64,000 nt of DNA from Geopsychrobacteraceae bacterium (GTDB lineage: Bacteria; Desulfobacterota; Desulfuromonadia; Desulfuromonadales; Geopsychrobacteraceae), in contig OY759353.1 in assembly GCA_963662315.1 (NCBI GenBank), positions 960,001-1,024,000 of the forward strand, read 5' to 3'. The notes under the pieces were generated by a model, which did no database searches, was not told the DNA's origin, and saw nothing but the letters and a program-made list of their open reading frames with translations. The translations under genes and the position numbers were made by a program. Positions 28,747 through 37,849 of this stretch are shown piece by piece. Within the stretch, counting starts at the first letter, position 1. The number at the start of each line of letters is the position of its first letter.

Positions 28747-29949
28747 TTATCCAGCAACCGGCTGCGGAACATTTTTATTGGTTTTTAACTTCATTACCAA
28801 CCAGCCGATGGGGAGCATAGCCAAGACAATGAGTTGGCCAACCAGAGTTTCAAAGGTCGGAAAGATACCCAGCCAGGTAATCATTGGCAGGCCATCTATA
28901 CGGTTAGTTGGAACCAGCCCACTGACCTGCAATTCCATAATTCCCTGGCCGACAAAGACAAAGGCCATGCCATACAACAACACGGCAGTGGCGGCAAAAA
29001 ACATCCCGTAAGGCAAACGCACAGACAGCAAACGCACCAGCAGATAGATAATGAGCAGGCCTCCAGCAGCGCCAGCCATGCCAACCCAGATGGCCTGGTA
29101 ATTGGCCGTCGCACCACCCATTAAAGCCTGGTAAAAGAGAATGGTCTCTGCCCCTTCACGAAAGACCGCCAAAAAGGCGATAAATCCAAGGGTCAGTAAG
29201 CTCCCCTTGCTTAAAGCGTTATCCATTTGATCCTGAATAAAAGCCTGCCAGCGATCGGCACTGCGTTTGGCCGTCAACCAGTAACTGACATAGACCAGCA
29301 CCACAGCCGCCAGTATCATGGTTCCCCCTTCCAGGGCCTCCTGACTGGCTCCGCTGGTACTGATCAACACGCCAAGCAGCCAGGCCATGCCAACACTTGC
29401 TACCAAAGCCAGACCAACGCCATACCAGATGACCTTGATCTTGTCGGGAAAACCGGAACGGCGTAAATACGCCACCAGGGCCGCAACAACCAGCATCGCC
29501 TCCATCCCTTCACGGAAAAGGATGAAGAAACTCTGCACAACCTGACCCCAGAGCCCGCTGCCATCGCTGTTAGAATAATGTTCAACGGCGTAGTCGAGAT
29601 TCTTCTTTAACTCAACCCAGGATTTTTCAATATCCTCTTTAGGCGCACCGCGCATGGCCTGGCTGGTAATATTGCTGAAGCCGGATTCGATCTCGAGCAT
29701 GAATGCGTTATCTTTCAACCCCAGGGTAAATTCCATCCCGGCCGTTTCAAACACATCGAAGTACAAACGGGAAAACTCATTACCAACCATGACTCCGTTA
29801 GCCGGATCATAATTAGCCACAGCAACTTCCGCCCGGGCGGTAATTGCATCCACCACCGGGCCATAATCTTCAGTCACCTGCTGAACAGCCACGGCCGAAC
29901 CCGCCAGGCACAGCAGCCATATCATCATAAATAGAATCAGCTTTTTCAT
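28747..29949 (-). CDS. FTR1-family iron permease with an N-terminal periplasmic domain
   Basis: Signal peptide, two RExxE motifs (REGME and REGAE) and multiple TM helices. Confidence 0.92.
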   Translation of the reverse strand: MKKLILFMMIWLLCLAGSAVAVQQVTEDYGPVVDAITARAEVAVANYDPANGVMVGNEFSRLYFDVFETAGMEFTLGLKDNAFMLEIESGFSNITSQAMRGAPKEDIEKSWVELKKNLDYAVEHYSNSDGSGLWGQVVQSFFILFREGMEAMLVVAALVAYLRRSGFPDKIKVIWYGVGLALVASVGMAWLLGVLISTSGASQEALEGGTMILAAVVLVYVSYWLTAKRSADRWQAFIQDQMDNALSKGSLLTLGFIAFLAVFREGAETILFYQALMGGATANYQAIWVGMAGAAGGLLIIYLLVRLLSVRLPYGMFFAATAVLLYGMAFVFVGQGIMELQVSGLVPTNRIDGLPMITWLGIFPTFETLVGQLIVLAMLPIGWLVMKLKTNKNVPQPVAG

Positions 29950-29958
29950 AAGACATCC

Positions 29959-32058
29959 TTACGTCATGGAAATAAAACGTTCGACCTGGCGCTTGAACAA
30001 TGGAGCCGTAGCACCACCAGGATCAGGCGCATAGCGCAGAGCAATATAACGCTCAATAATATCGGCGCTGGCAGTCGCCAATTCCGGTTTTCCAACCTGA
30101 ATACGCTGCAGAAAGTCGCGCGGGCATTCGTAGCTATGGCGGCTCAGCCCAAATTTTTCCAGACGCTTACAGAAACGCTGCCAGCTGATAGCCACCGGAT
30201 CACGTTGACGCCGTTGCCGGAGCCAGCCGACAAAAAGATAAAAAGCTCCCATAGCACCGACACCACTGGCCGCTGACAACAGCAGGTCGACCCAGTTGCC
30301 ATTTTTCATTCCGGCACCTTTAAGCAGTTTCATCTGGCGATCGGGATCATAGTTAATGACCCATTTCTGCAGATCCGCAAACAGGTTAAGAAGGTTAGGC
30401 AATTTATTTTCTGAAGACTCCTGCTGTTGCGGTTCAGGATCTTTCTGCTCAACTTTATCCTCTTCCTGCTTGCTGATATTACTAGCTGCCGCCTGCTGGT
30501 CTTCCTGTTTCATAGCGACTCTTTGCTGCGGCTGATTCTGAGCGGCATTCTTCTTGTTAATCGCCTGCGCCTTTTCCGGAGTAACGACTATGTCCTTTGC
30601 CTCAACCCGATGCCAGCCCTTGTCACTGTCCCAGGCTTCAACCCAATTGTGAGCATCTCCTTGCTTGACAATGACAAAGTTGGTTAAAGCGATAATCGTT
30701 CCACCCCGGTATCCACTGACCAGGCGCGCAGGCACACCAGAAGCACGCAAGGCCATGGTCACACTACCAGCGAGATATTCACTGCCGCCCTTTCTCTCAT
30801 CAAAAAAGTAACGGTCGAGAGCATCATCACCAGGACTGACGGCATGGGTCGGATCAAAAACATAGTCACCGGTACGTAATATGGTCATCAGCTCAAGAAT
30901 GATCTCATCGGCTGATAAACCTTTAGCGGCCAGAGACTCACCCAATTGCCGCAACCGCGGATTAGTCCCCTCCGGCCAGGAAAGAGCGCGTTCGCGCATC
31001 TCTGTTTTCAGTTTTTTACCAGCCTGATAGTCAAGGAAAGAGAACAGTTCGTATTTTGGCTCACCACTATTCAGTTTACGGATATTGAGCAGCTGAAAAT
31101 CCTCAGAGATAAAGGTCTCCGGTGCCGGAGCTCCGGGGAAATCGAGGGCATACATCCAACGCCCACCATTGGGCATCACCCGGGCAGTGTAACGAACCGG
31201 GTTACTCCGTTCATGCAACACCTGATCATGATGCAGCTTATTGCGAATTTTATGTCGCAGCAGATAATCACGGTCATCCCAATTATCGGGCAGGGTCCAG
31301 TTTTCGCCGTCATATTCGTAAAAGACCGGGCCACGCCAATAAAGTTGACTCTTAAATGGTGGCGGCCCTTCAAATTCAGCGACCAGAACGTTGCCATTTT
31401 GCTGGGTATTACGCCGAAAACCACGTGGCGACAACGAGGTACTTTTGCCAAAGTCACCGTCCCCCTTTTCCAGCATAATCTTGACCGGTAAGCCAAAGGC
31501 GATACCTAAATCCCACAATGGTCCGGGAATACGCGGAAAAGTAACAAACAGCAGCAGCATCAGCGGAAAAGCCAGCACAAACAGCTGAATACCGCGCCGT
31601 AGCATAAAGGGTGAAACGCTGCCACCTTCACTGTGCAAAGCCACCAGGGATAGGGTTAAGAACAGGATGACCACCAGCACATGCAGCATATTGAGAAGAT
31701 TTTCCCAATACAAAGTACCGATGGCTGCCATGATAACCGCAGCAAAAATAAGCAGCAGATAATCGCGCCGGGTCTTTGACTCAGACCACTTCAGCGCCAC
31801 CACAACAATAAAAAAACTGAGCACGGCATCGCCACTGAACCAGCTGTGAAAACTGGTTAACACCCCGGCGACAGCGGCAACCAGGAACACAGCATTAATA
31901 CCTTTGGCGACCCACTGGTTATAATAGTTACGGCTGAAATGCAGTCCCCCGCCAATCAAGGCCAGAGCCGCAACCCATAAGGGCAAACGCAGCAAACTTG
32001 GAGCGGCTGCCAGCAGCAGGGTCAGCATGACCCTGCTGCGCGCTAAACCACTGATCAT
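29959..32058 (-). CDS. tgpA: TgpA-like transglutaminase-domain membrane protein (DUF3488 + TGase + DUF4129-like)
   Basis: TM N-terminus, FPRIPGPLW, LYWRGPV, GVPARLVSGYRGG and DAHNWVE. The catalytic Cys position reads Ser. Confidence 0.85.
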   Translation of the reverse strand: MISGLARSRVMLTLLLAAAPSLLRLPLWVAALALIGGGLHFSRNYYNQWVAKGINAVFLVAAVAGVLTSFHSWFSGDAVLSFFIVVVALKWSESKTRRDYLLLIFAAVIMAAIGTLYWENLLNMLHVLVVILFLTLSLVALHSEGGSVSPFMLRRGIQLFVLAFPLMLLLFVTFPRIPGPLWDLGIAFGLPVKIMLEKGDGDFGKSTSLSPRGFRRNTQQNGNVLVAEFEGPPPFKSQLYWRGPVFYEYDGENWTLPDNWDDRDYLLRHKIRNKLHHDQVLHERSNPVRYTARVMPNGGRWMYALDFPGAPAPETFISEDFQLLNIRKLNSGEPKYELFSFLDYQAGKKLKTEMRERALSWPEGTNPRLRQLGESLAAKGLSADEIILELMTILRTGDYVFDPTHAVSPGDDALDRYFFDERKGGSEYLAGSVTMALRASGVPARLVSGYRGGTIIALTNFVIVKQGDAHNWVEAWDSDKGWHRVEAKDIVVTPEKAQAINKKNAAQNQPQQRVAMKQEDQQAAASNISKQEEDKVEQKDPEPQQQESSENKLPNLLNLFADLQKWVINYDPDRQMKLLKGAGMKNGNWVDLLLSAASGVGAMGAFYLFVGWLRQRRQRDPVAISWQRFCKRLEKFGLSRHSYECPRDFLQRIQVGKPELATASADIIERYIALRYAPDPGGATAPLFKRQVERFISMT

Positions 32059-32996
32059 GACGCCCCTCCTTCAGCTTCAGCAAGGGCCTGCAGGCACTCC
32101 TGTAAATGGCGATGACCCTGCCCCGGCGCAATCATCTGGCCAGGGAGTTCCAGGCCAAATTCACGTCCCTGAGCCTGACAGTCGAGCCCCCAACGACACA
32201 GCTGCTGAAGCTTCTCTTCTGTTCCAGCCACAGCAACATCCTGCCAGCGCAACCAGCGTGCCGGTTCCCCCTGGGCGCCATCAAATTCCTTGGTATACAG
32301 CTCATCAAAGCGAGCAAAAGCACGCCAGGAAATATGACTTAGAGGATCACCCGGTGCGTAACGCTTTAAATCTGCAAAATTATCGGATTCGCTGTGCAGG
32401 TGGGCATCACTACCAAGCTTTTGATCCGGCAATGCTTCTGCACCCTGGGGTGTCGGATAGACCAGGCATTCAGGCAAATCATTAGTGCGTAGGCGGGCAA
32501 CGAATAACCCTAGCGGAAAGGAACTGGTCAGCCATGCCCGGCCACCAGGAATCCGTCCCCTATTCAAAGCGGGCCGCCGCAGCACCATGTCCTGCCGTTC
32601 CCCATTTTTTAGGAACAGCTCACCGTCACTATGTCCCCCCGCACCACGAACGCGCAAACCATGGCGCGGCCACCCTTTAGGCAGACTGACCGGCAGGCGA
32701 TAATAAATCTTGTCCCCGGCAAAAACCGATTCACACGTCCACTTGCCACACTGAATGCCGCTCAGGTTCGCCCTGGTCTGATAACCACCAACCAGCAGAA
32801 TCGCGATCAACAACATCACCATGGCAAAAATCAGATTGTTACTGAAATTGATAGCCAGCAGCATACCGACCACTATCAGCACCATAAACCCCCAACCGGC
32901 GGCAGTCAGTCGCACCCGAATACGTCCTGGGCGTTGCTTTAACATGCGTATGGTCAACTGCGAACGCAGCTGATCACCAAAAGTACCTGTCGCCAT
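32055..32996 (-). CDS. DUF58 (VWA-like) MoxR partner
   Basis: Motifs AINFSNNL, FPLGLF, YAPGDPLSHISW and KEFD. Confidence 0.88.
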   Translation of the reverse strand: MATGTFGDQLRSQLTIRMLKQRPGRIRVRLTAAGWGFMVLIVVGMLLAINFSNNLIFAMVMLLIAILLVGGYQTRANLSGIQCGKWTCESVFAGDKIYYRLPVSLPKGWPRHGLRVRGAGGHSDGELFLKNGERQDMVLRRPALNRGRIPGGRAWLTSSFPLGLFVARLRTNDLPECLVYPTPQGAEALPDQKLGSDAHLHSESDNFADLKRYAPGDPLSHISWRAFARFDELYTKEFDGAQGEPARWLRWQDVAVAGTEEKLQQLCRWGLDCQAQGREFGLELPGQMIAPGQGHRHLQECLQALAEAEGGAS

Positions 32997-32998
32997 AA

Positions 32999-33949
32999 TC
33001 AGTCAACATTCACTTGGCTGATAATTTCTTCAGCAACACGCATACCGTCCCGCTGACCACTGAGCAATTGCAGACGATGACCGGCAACAAAAGGCAGCAC
33101 GGCCTGAATATCGCCGGGTAAAAGAAGGTCCTGGCCATTAACCAGCGCCCACGACTGCGCTGCCCGCAACAGGGCTAACCCGGCCCGGGTTGACAAACCA
33201 ACCTGAAACTTACCGGAAGTGCGGGTAAAATCGAGCAGCCTTTGCAGATAATCAAGCACGGCAGGTGAGGTTTTTACCTTGATAACCTGCTGCTGCAGAG
33301 CCAGTAGTTGTTCCATTGTCAGCAAAGGATCAAGACCTTCCAGCATATGCCGCCGATCTTCACCGCTAAGCAAAGCCAGTTCTGCCTCGCGCTGCAGATA
33401 GCCCATGGAAATCCGCATCAAAAATCTATCCAGCTGAGATTCAGGCAATGGAAAGGTCCCCAGCTGTTCGGTAGGGTTCTGGGTTGCAATAACAAAAAAC
33501 GGCGCTGGCAACTGGCGCGTTTTGCCATCGGCACTGACCTGACGCTCTTCCATGGCTTCGAGCAGAGCACTCTGACATTTTGGGGTAGCACGATTAATTT
33601 CATCGGCCAGTAACAATTGGGTGAAGACCGGTCCTTCAGTAAAATGGAAGGCTCCTTTATCACGATCATAAACAGAACAACCGATGATATCCCCCGGCAG
33701 CAAATCGCTGGTAAACTGCACCCGCTGGTAACTTAAACCCAGGGTTTTACCCAAAGTATGAGCCAGTACCGTCTTCCCCAAGCCAGGAACATCCTCTATC
33801 AGCAAATGTCCCTGGGCCAACAGGCAGGTCAAAGCCAGTTTAAGCTGATGTTCTTTACCAAGCACCACCCGACCGAGTTGCTCCATAACCGGGATCAACA
33901 GGTCGTTGACTGCAGTTTCTGTGACGATCTTTTTTGCTGTGTTGTTCAT
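32999..33949 (-). CDS. moxR: MoxR-family AAA+ ATPase
   Basis: Motifs HLLIEDVPGLGKT, LLADEINR, ATQNP and FPLPESQLDRF. Confidence 0.93.
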   Translation of the reverse strand: MNNTAKKIVTETAVNDLLIPVMEQLGRVVLGKEHQLKLALTCLLAQGHLLIEDVPGLGKTVLAHTLGKTLGLSYQRVQFTSDLLPGDIIGCSVYDRDKGAFHFTEGPVFTQLLLADEINRATPKCQSALLEAMEERQVSADGKTRQLPAPFFVIATQNPTEQLGTFPLPESQLDRFLMRISMGYLQREAELALLSGEDRRHMLEGLDPLLTMEQLLALQQQVIKVKTSPAVLDYLQRLLDFTRTSGKFQVGLSTRAGLALLRAAQSWALVNGQDLLLPGDIQAVLPFVAGHRLQLLSGQRDGMRVAEEIISQVNVD

Positions 33950-33967
33950 GATTGTTCCTTTAAATAG

Positions 33968-35158
33968 TTAAAAATTGACGCTCAAAGATAGTCCGGCCGA
34001 CCAGCTTTCCCAGATCACTTCATTTAATGGCGCAATTAGAGAAGTGCCGTCGGCAAAAAAGGTTTTGTCATAGCCGCTGTCCGTCTCCAGCTTGCGATAA
34101 TCCAGGTTCAATCCCAGCCAGGCATTGGAGAAACAGCGAAAACGATAACCGGTGCGGGCAATCAGGCCACGGCCGTTGGCTTCATGGCGGAAACTGACCG
34201 GATGATCAAAGTCAGACCGCAGGTTCCAATTCGCCTCAGCCTCGTAAGCCAACCAATGATATTCAAAACTCCAGGTCAACTCATGCCGGGTCCCCAGGGA
34301 AAGATCCAGATCCAGGCCGAGGAAACTACCGTCCCAACGTGTATCGTAACTGCTGTCAAGTCCTGAAAAATGACCCAGGTCAGCCTCATCTTCGGCAACA
34401 ACCTTAACTCCGTCGGCCATATTGAGGTTCTGCATATGCACTGAATAGCCATAGACAGGTGCAATTCCCAGACGAATAAAACCGGAAGAGGAAGGGATTT
34501 CAACCCGATAACCGATGGCGGCATTGACATCGATAAGTGAGCCGTCACTATCCGCATAAGAGCGAGAAAACTCCTCTGTTCGGTTATCGCCATAATAATC
34601 AGAGTCGCGACAGTCCCCGGACTGAATCCAGCCGTAATCGATGCCGCCGCGCAGGTAAAAGCCGGACTCAGGACGCCAGCGAAAAGCCAGGGAGAGCTCA
34701 GCAGCCTCAAGGTCGGTCCAGGTCAGTTCGGACAAAACATTTGGCGTGCCAAGCAAACCGGCAATATTAAATTTCAGCTTATCCACCCGGTATCCACTGG
34801 CCAGGCTCAAGGTCCAGGCATCATGGTCCTTAATTTCAACCGCTTCGGGGCTAGTTTGTTGCTCGACCTTCTCCGTAACCATTGCTTCAGAAGCTGGAAC
34901 TATCGGCGCGATAATAATCGTGCGCTGACGGATCGCGTTGTCATGGAGAAAATCATGACTTTCTCTATCTGGTGCTACTGAGCCTGACGGAACGGATGTT
35001 TTAGCGCCTGGTGCAGTCATTTCAATGGTGCGCGTGCTGCCATCCGGAGAAAAAATAATAATCTGCTGACTGGCAGGTACATCTTCAGCCCCTGCCCCGG
35101 CACACAATAAAATGCTGACCAGCAGGGTCAAAAACAGAGTGAATAGCCGTGGGTTCAT
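33968..35158 (-). CDS. Outer-membrane beta-barrel protein, omptin-like
   Basis: Signal peptide, SELTW, RDSDY, alternating beta strands and a terminal Phe (LSLSVNF). Confidence 0.7.
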   Translation of the reverse strand: MNPRLFTLFLTLLVSILLCAGAGAEDVPASQQIIIFSPDGSTRTIEMTAPGAKTSVPSGSVAPDRESHDFLHDNAIRQRTIIIAPIVPASEAMVTEKVEQQTSPEAVEIKDHDAWTLSLASGYRVDKLKFNIAGLLGTPNVLSELTWTDLEAAELSLAFRWRPESGFYLRGGIDYGWIQSGDCRDSDYYGDNRTEEFSRSYADSDGSLIDVNAAIGYRVEIPSSSGFIRLGIAPVYGYSVHMQNLNMADGVKVVAEDEADLGHFSGLDSSYDTRWDGSFLGLDLDLSLGTRHELTWSFEYHWLAYEAEANWNLRSDFDHPVSFRHEANGRGLIARTGYRFRCFSNAWLGLNLDYRKLETDSGYDKTFFADGTSLIAPLNEVIWESWSAGLSLSVNF

Positions 35159-37338
35159 GGCACAAGCCCCTGCAATGCCGCCATAAAGTCACCATCAGAA
35201 ACCAGATAGATATAAGTTTCTGAATCCTTAGCAGAAGCAGGACCAAGAACCTGAGTTTCCATAGATACAGCGACCCAGTGGCCATGAATAAGTCCCGGAT
35301 CGACCGTCTTCTGATGAACACCCCGGTTCTTGAGCCGCAATGCCGTAACACTGTAATAGCCATTACTCCAGCAGCCCAGCGGTTGGGCAGATAAATCGGC
35401 ATCACCAAACAGATCAACCTGCTCCGGTGCTGTCATGCGGGCCGGAAAGACATGACCGTCACGGTGTCGGGATGTCACCGGCAAACGGGCCTGCTGAGTT
35501 GCCGTGCGGATCAGGTCGATGTAGCTCTGCTCCAGGGTCGAAACGATGGCAGAACTTTCGGCCACTTTAGCTGGAGCTGTCAGCAGAGAGGTCTGGCGTA
35601 CCTCTTCAATATTGGTCAGATCCCTGCGCAATTCCTGCAAACGTCTTTCGGTAATTTCTTCCCCATCACTCGGGGCGCTCAACACGTGGGGGGTAATCAG
35701 CAGCACCAGCTCGGTCTTGACCTCCGCTTTTTGCTTCTGCTTGAAAAAGAAACCGAGCAGTGGAATATCCCCGAGAACCGGCACCTTGCTCTCAACATCG
35801 GTGGTACTGGTACGCATCATCCCCCCAATAGCCACGGTCATGCCATCCTGGGCCAGCACGGTACCTGACAGGGTGGACGTGTTGACCATATCGATAGCAA
35901 CATTCTGAACCGAGCCCCCGACAATTAGTGCCAGATTGGAGCCTCCGGCTTCAACGGACGAATTTTCATGGATCAGCCGCATCACTACCGAACGGTCGGC
36001 ATTGATGGAGGGCAAAATGGTCAGGGTATTACCGATCTCCTGAATCTCGGTTTCAGGTACCGCGTTACTGAAGGAAACCGTGGTACCTGATGACGTGGTA
36101 TAACTGGAAGTGCTAACCTCGTAACCAGTGGTAATCAACCGCTCTTCCCCTATAAACAGCTTGGCCGGGTGATTGTTGGCTGCCAGCAACATCGGTGTCG
36201 CCAGGGAGGTGATGTTGTTATCTTCCTGGAGCAGCTGCAAGCGCATGCGCAGATCAGAGCTCAAAGCCTGAAAGGTCATGGCACTATCAGTCACCGAAGC
36301 CGAATTTCCCAGACCAAACAGGGTGCTGCTCACAGTACTGGCAGCGGCATTTAGAGGATTGATAGCCAAACCATCATCCACCCCGGAGGTGCTGCTGCCA
36401 GCCATAGAGGTAATGGTAAAGGCAGACTCAAAGGAGTCGGTCAACTGAATTTCCAATACCTTCATTTCCAACAGTACTTCAGGAACCTGACGGTCTGATT
36501 CCTTGATCAGCTTGGCAATCTCCTTGACCGCATCATCATCCGAGGTGCGCACAAACAGCATATTATGCAGGCGGTTGACAGTGACATAAATGGGGGCCTT
36601 GTCCCGTTCGACAACCTGACCGAGCATCTTGTCCGAAACCGCCCGCAACTGATCACTCATCTTCTGTTCCAGCAAGGCCAGTTGTTCCACACTCAACTCA
36701 GACTGCTCCGTCGCAGCAGTACTTTTACTGGTCTTACTGCTGTTTTTTCGGTTAGAAGAACTGGAGCTGTTGCTATCGTTGTTGCTGTCCTCGGTATCAT
36801 CATTGGTTATGTCATATTCACCATCCAACTCGTAATCATCACCACTATCACTGTCCCAGTTAGCACTCCCCCCCAGGGTGACCCGGTCACCGAACAGATC
36901 CTGTATCGAGCGTGCGGCAGTCGCCACATTCAGATACTTGAGCTGAAAGGAATGAATCGGTTCATCCCGGTAAATTTTGATGTCGCGGCTGTATTCTTTG
37001 GTGGTCATCACCACATACAGGTTGCTCTCTTCATGGAAGCGATACCACAACCCGGAAATCCGGCACAGGCTGTCAATGACGTGACTGACATTCATGTTAT
37101 GGATATAAAAATTGATGCGCTGCCTTCCTGCGTCCTGGGTCGCCACAATATTGACACCGCTCAGTTCAGCAATGATCCGTACCGCGTCCATGACCTGAGC
37201 ATCGCGAAATTCAACTTCTTCAACAACAGCATCTTTTGCCGTCGCTGCCTCGGCCTCGACACCCCCCACTGTTCCCCCACCAATGGGCACAGTGACAAAC
37301 ACCAGTGCCGCAACTAATGTCAAAACGACTCTTCCCAT
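35155..37338 (-). CDS. gspD: Secretin (GspD/PilQ family) with a C-terminal DUF3438-like extension
   Basis: N domains, QVPEVLLEMKVLE, KVPVLGDIPLLGFFFK and ELVLLITP. Probable start at 37338. Confidence 0.9.
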   Translation of the reverse strand: MGRVVLTLVAALVFVTVPIGGGTVGGVEAEAATAKDAVVEEVEFRDAQVMDAVRIIAELSGVNIVATQDAGRQRINFYIHNMNVSHVIDSLCRISGLWYRFHEESNLYVVMTTKEYSRDIKIYRDEPIHSFQLKYLNVATAARSIQDLFGDRVTLGGSANWDSDSGDDYELDGEYDITNDDTEDSNNDSNSSSSSNRKNSSKTSKSTAATEQSELSVEQLALLEQKMSDQLRAVSDKMLGQVVERDKAPIYVTVNRLHNMLFVRTSDDDAVKEIAKLIKESDRQVPEVLLEMKVLEIQLTDSFESAFTITSMAGSSTSGVDDGLAINPLNAAASTVSSTLFGLGNSASVTDSAMTFQALSSDLRMRLQLLQEDNNITSLATPMLLAANNHPAKLFIGEERLITTGYEVSTSSYTTSSGTTVSFSNAVPETEIQEIGNTLTILPSINADRSVVMRLIHENSSVEAGGSNLALIVGGSVQNVAIDMVNTSTLSGTVLAQDGMTVAIGGMMRTSTTDVESKVPVLGDIPLLGFFFKQKQKAEVKTELVLLITPHVLSAPSDGEEITERRLQELRRDLTNIEEVRQTSLLTAPAKVAESSAIVSTLEQSYIDLIRTATQQARLPVTSRHRDGHVFPARMTAPEQVDLFGDADLSAQPLGCWSNGYYSVTALRLKNRGVHQKTVDPGLIHGHWVAVSMETQVLGPASAKDSETYIYLVSDGDFMAALQGLVP

Positions 37339-37411
37339 GGCATTTCTTTCCAATTTGAAGGACTTTCTATACTGTCCGATTTGAAATCTCAGCAGCTCAA
37401 GGCGGCTGTGC

Positions 37412-37849
37412 TCAGCGCACAACAAGTTGTTCGTTAAGAGATCCTGACTCAATAACAATTTCCCGCCGACCAATGCTGACAATCTGCACCACGGCATCAA
37501 TGCCGATATCATACAGACCGATGTTGTCCCCTTCGTGAACAAGGTAAACATGCTTTTTAGCAACCTCGAGCAAGGCAACTGTTTCACCCTGGCCATTTTG
37601 CATCCGTCCCAGCATTTTCATCTCTGGTAAACTGGGTAATTTCTGGCGAGCAAAACGTTGGGTCGGTTTTGGCAACTCAGGTTCCGCTTTTACCGGCTCG
37701 GGTTCGGCTTGCGGAATTGTCATCTTTTCCGTAATAGCAAAGGGATTGCGCTGGACCTTTCCTGCGTCTTCCTCCGCTGCTACTGGCAAAACAGTAACCA
37801 CCAACAGGTAAATAACGACCGCTCCCCGGGTAAAAAACATCAACATCAC
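37412..37849 (-). CDS. PilP/GspC-like accessory protein
   Basis: Signal or anchor sequence, RNPF, a Pro-rich linker and ALLEV..YLVHEGD..IVSI. Lies directly before the secretin. Confidence 0.6.
   Translation of the reverse strand: MMLMFFTRGAVVIYLLVVTVLPVAAEEDAGKVQRNPFAITEKMTIPQAEPEPVKAEPELPKPTQRFARQKLPSLPEMKMLGRMQNGQGETVALLEVAKKHVYLVHEGDNIGLYDIGIDAVVQIVSIGRREIVIESGSLNEQLVVR

Noticed and set aside
37339..37596. N-terminal extension of the secretin ORF
   Set aside because: It overlaps the upstream gene, and the signal peptide begins at the ATG at 37338.
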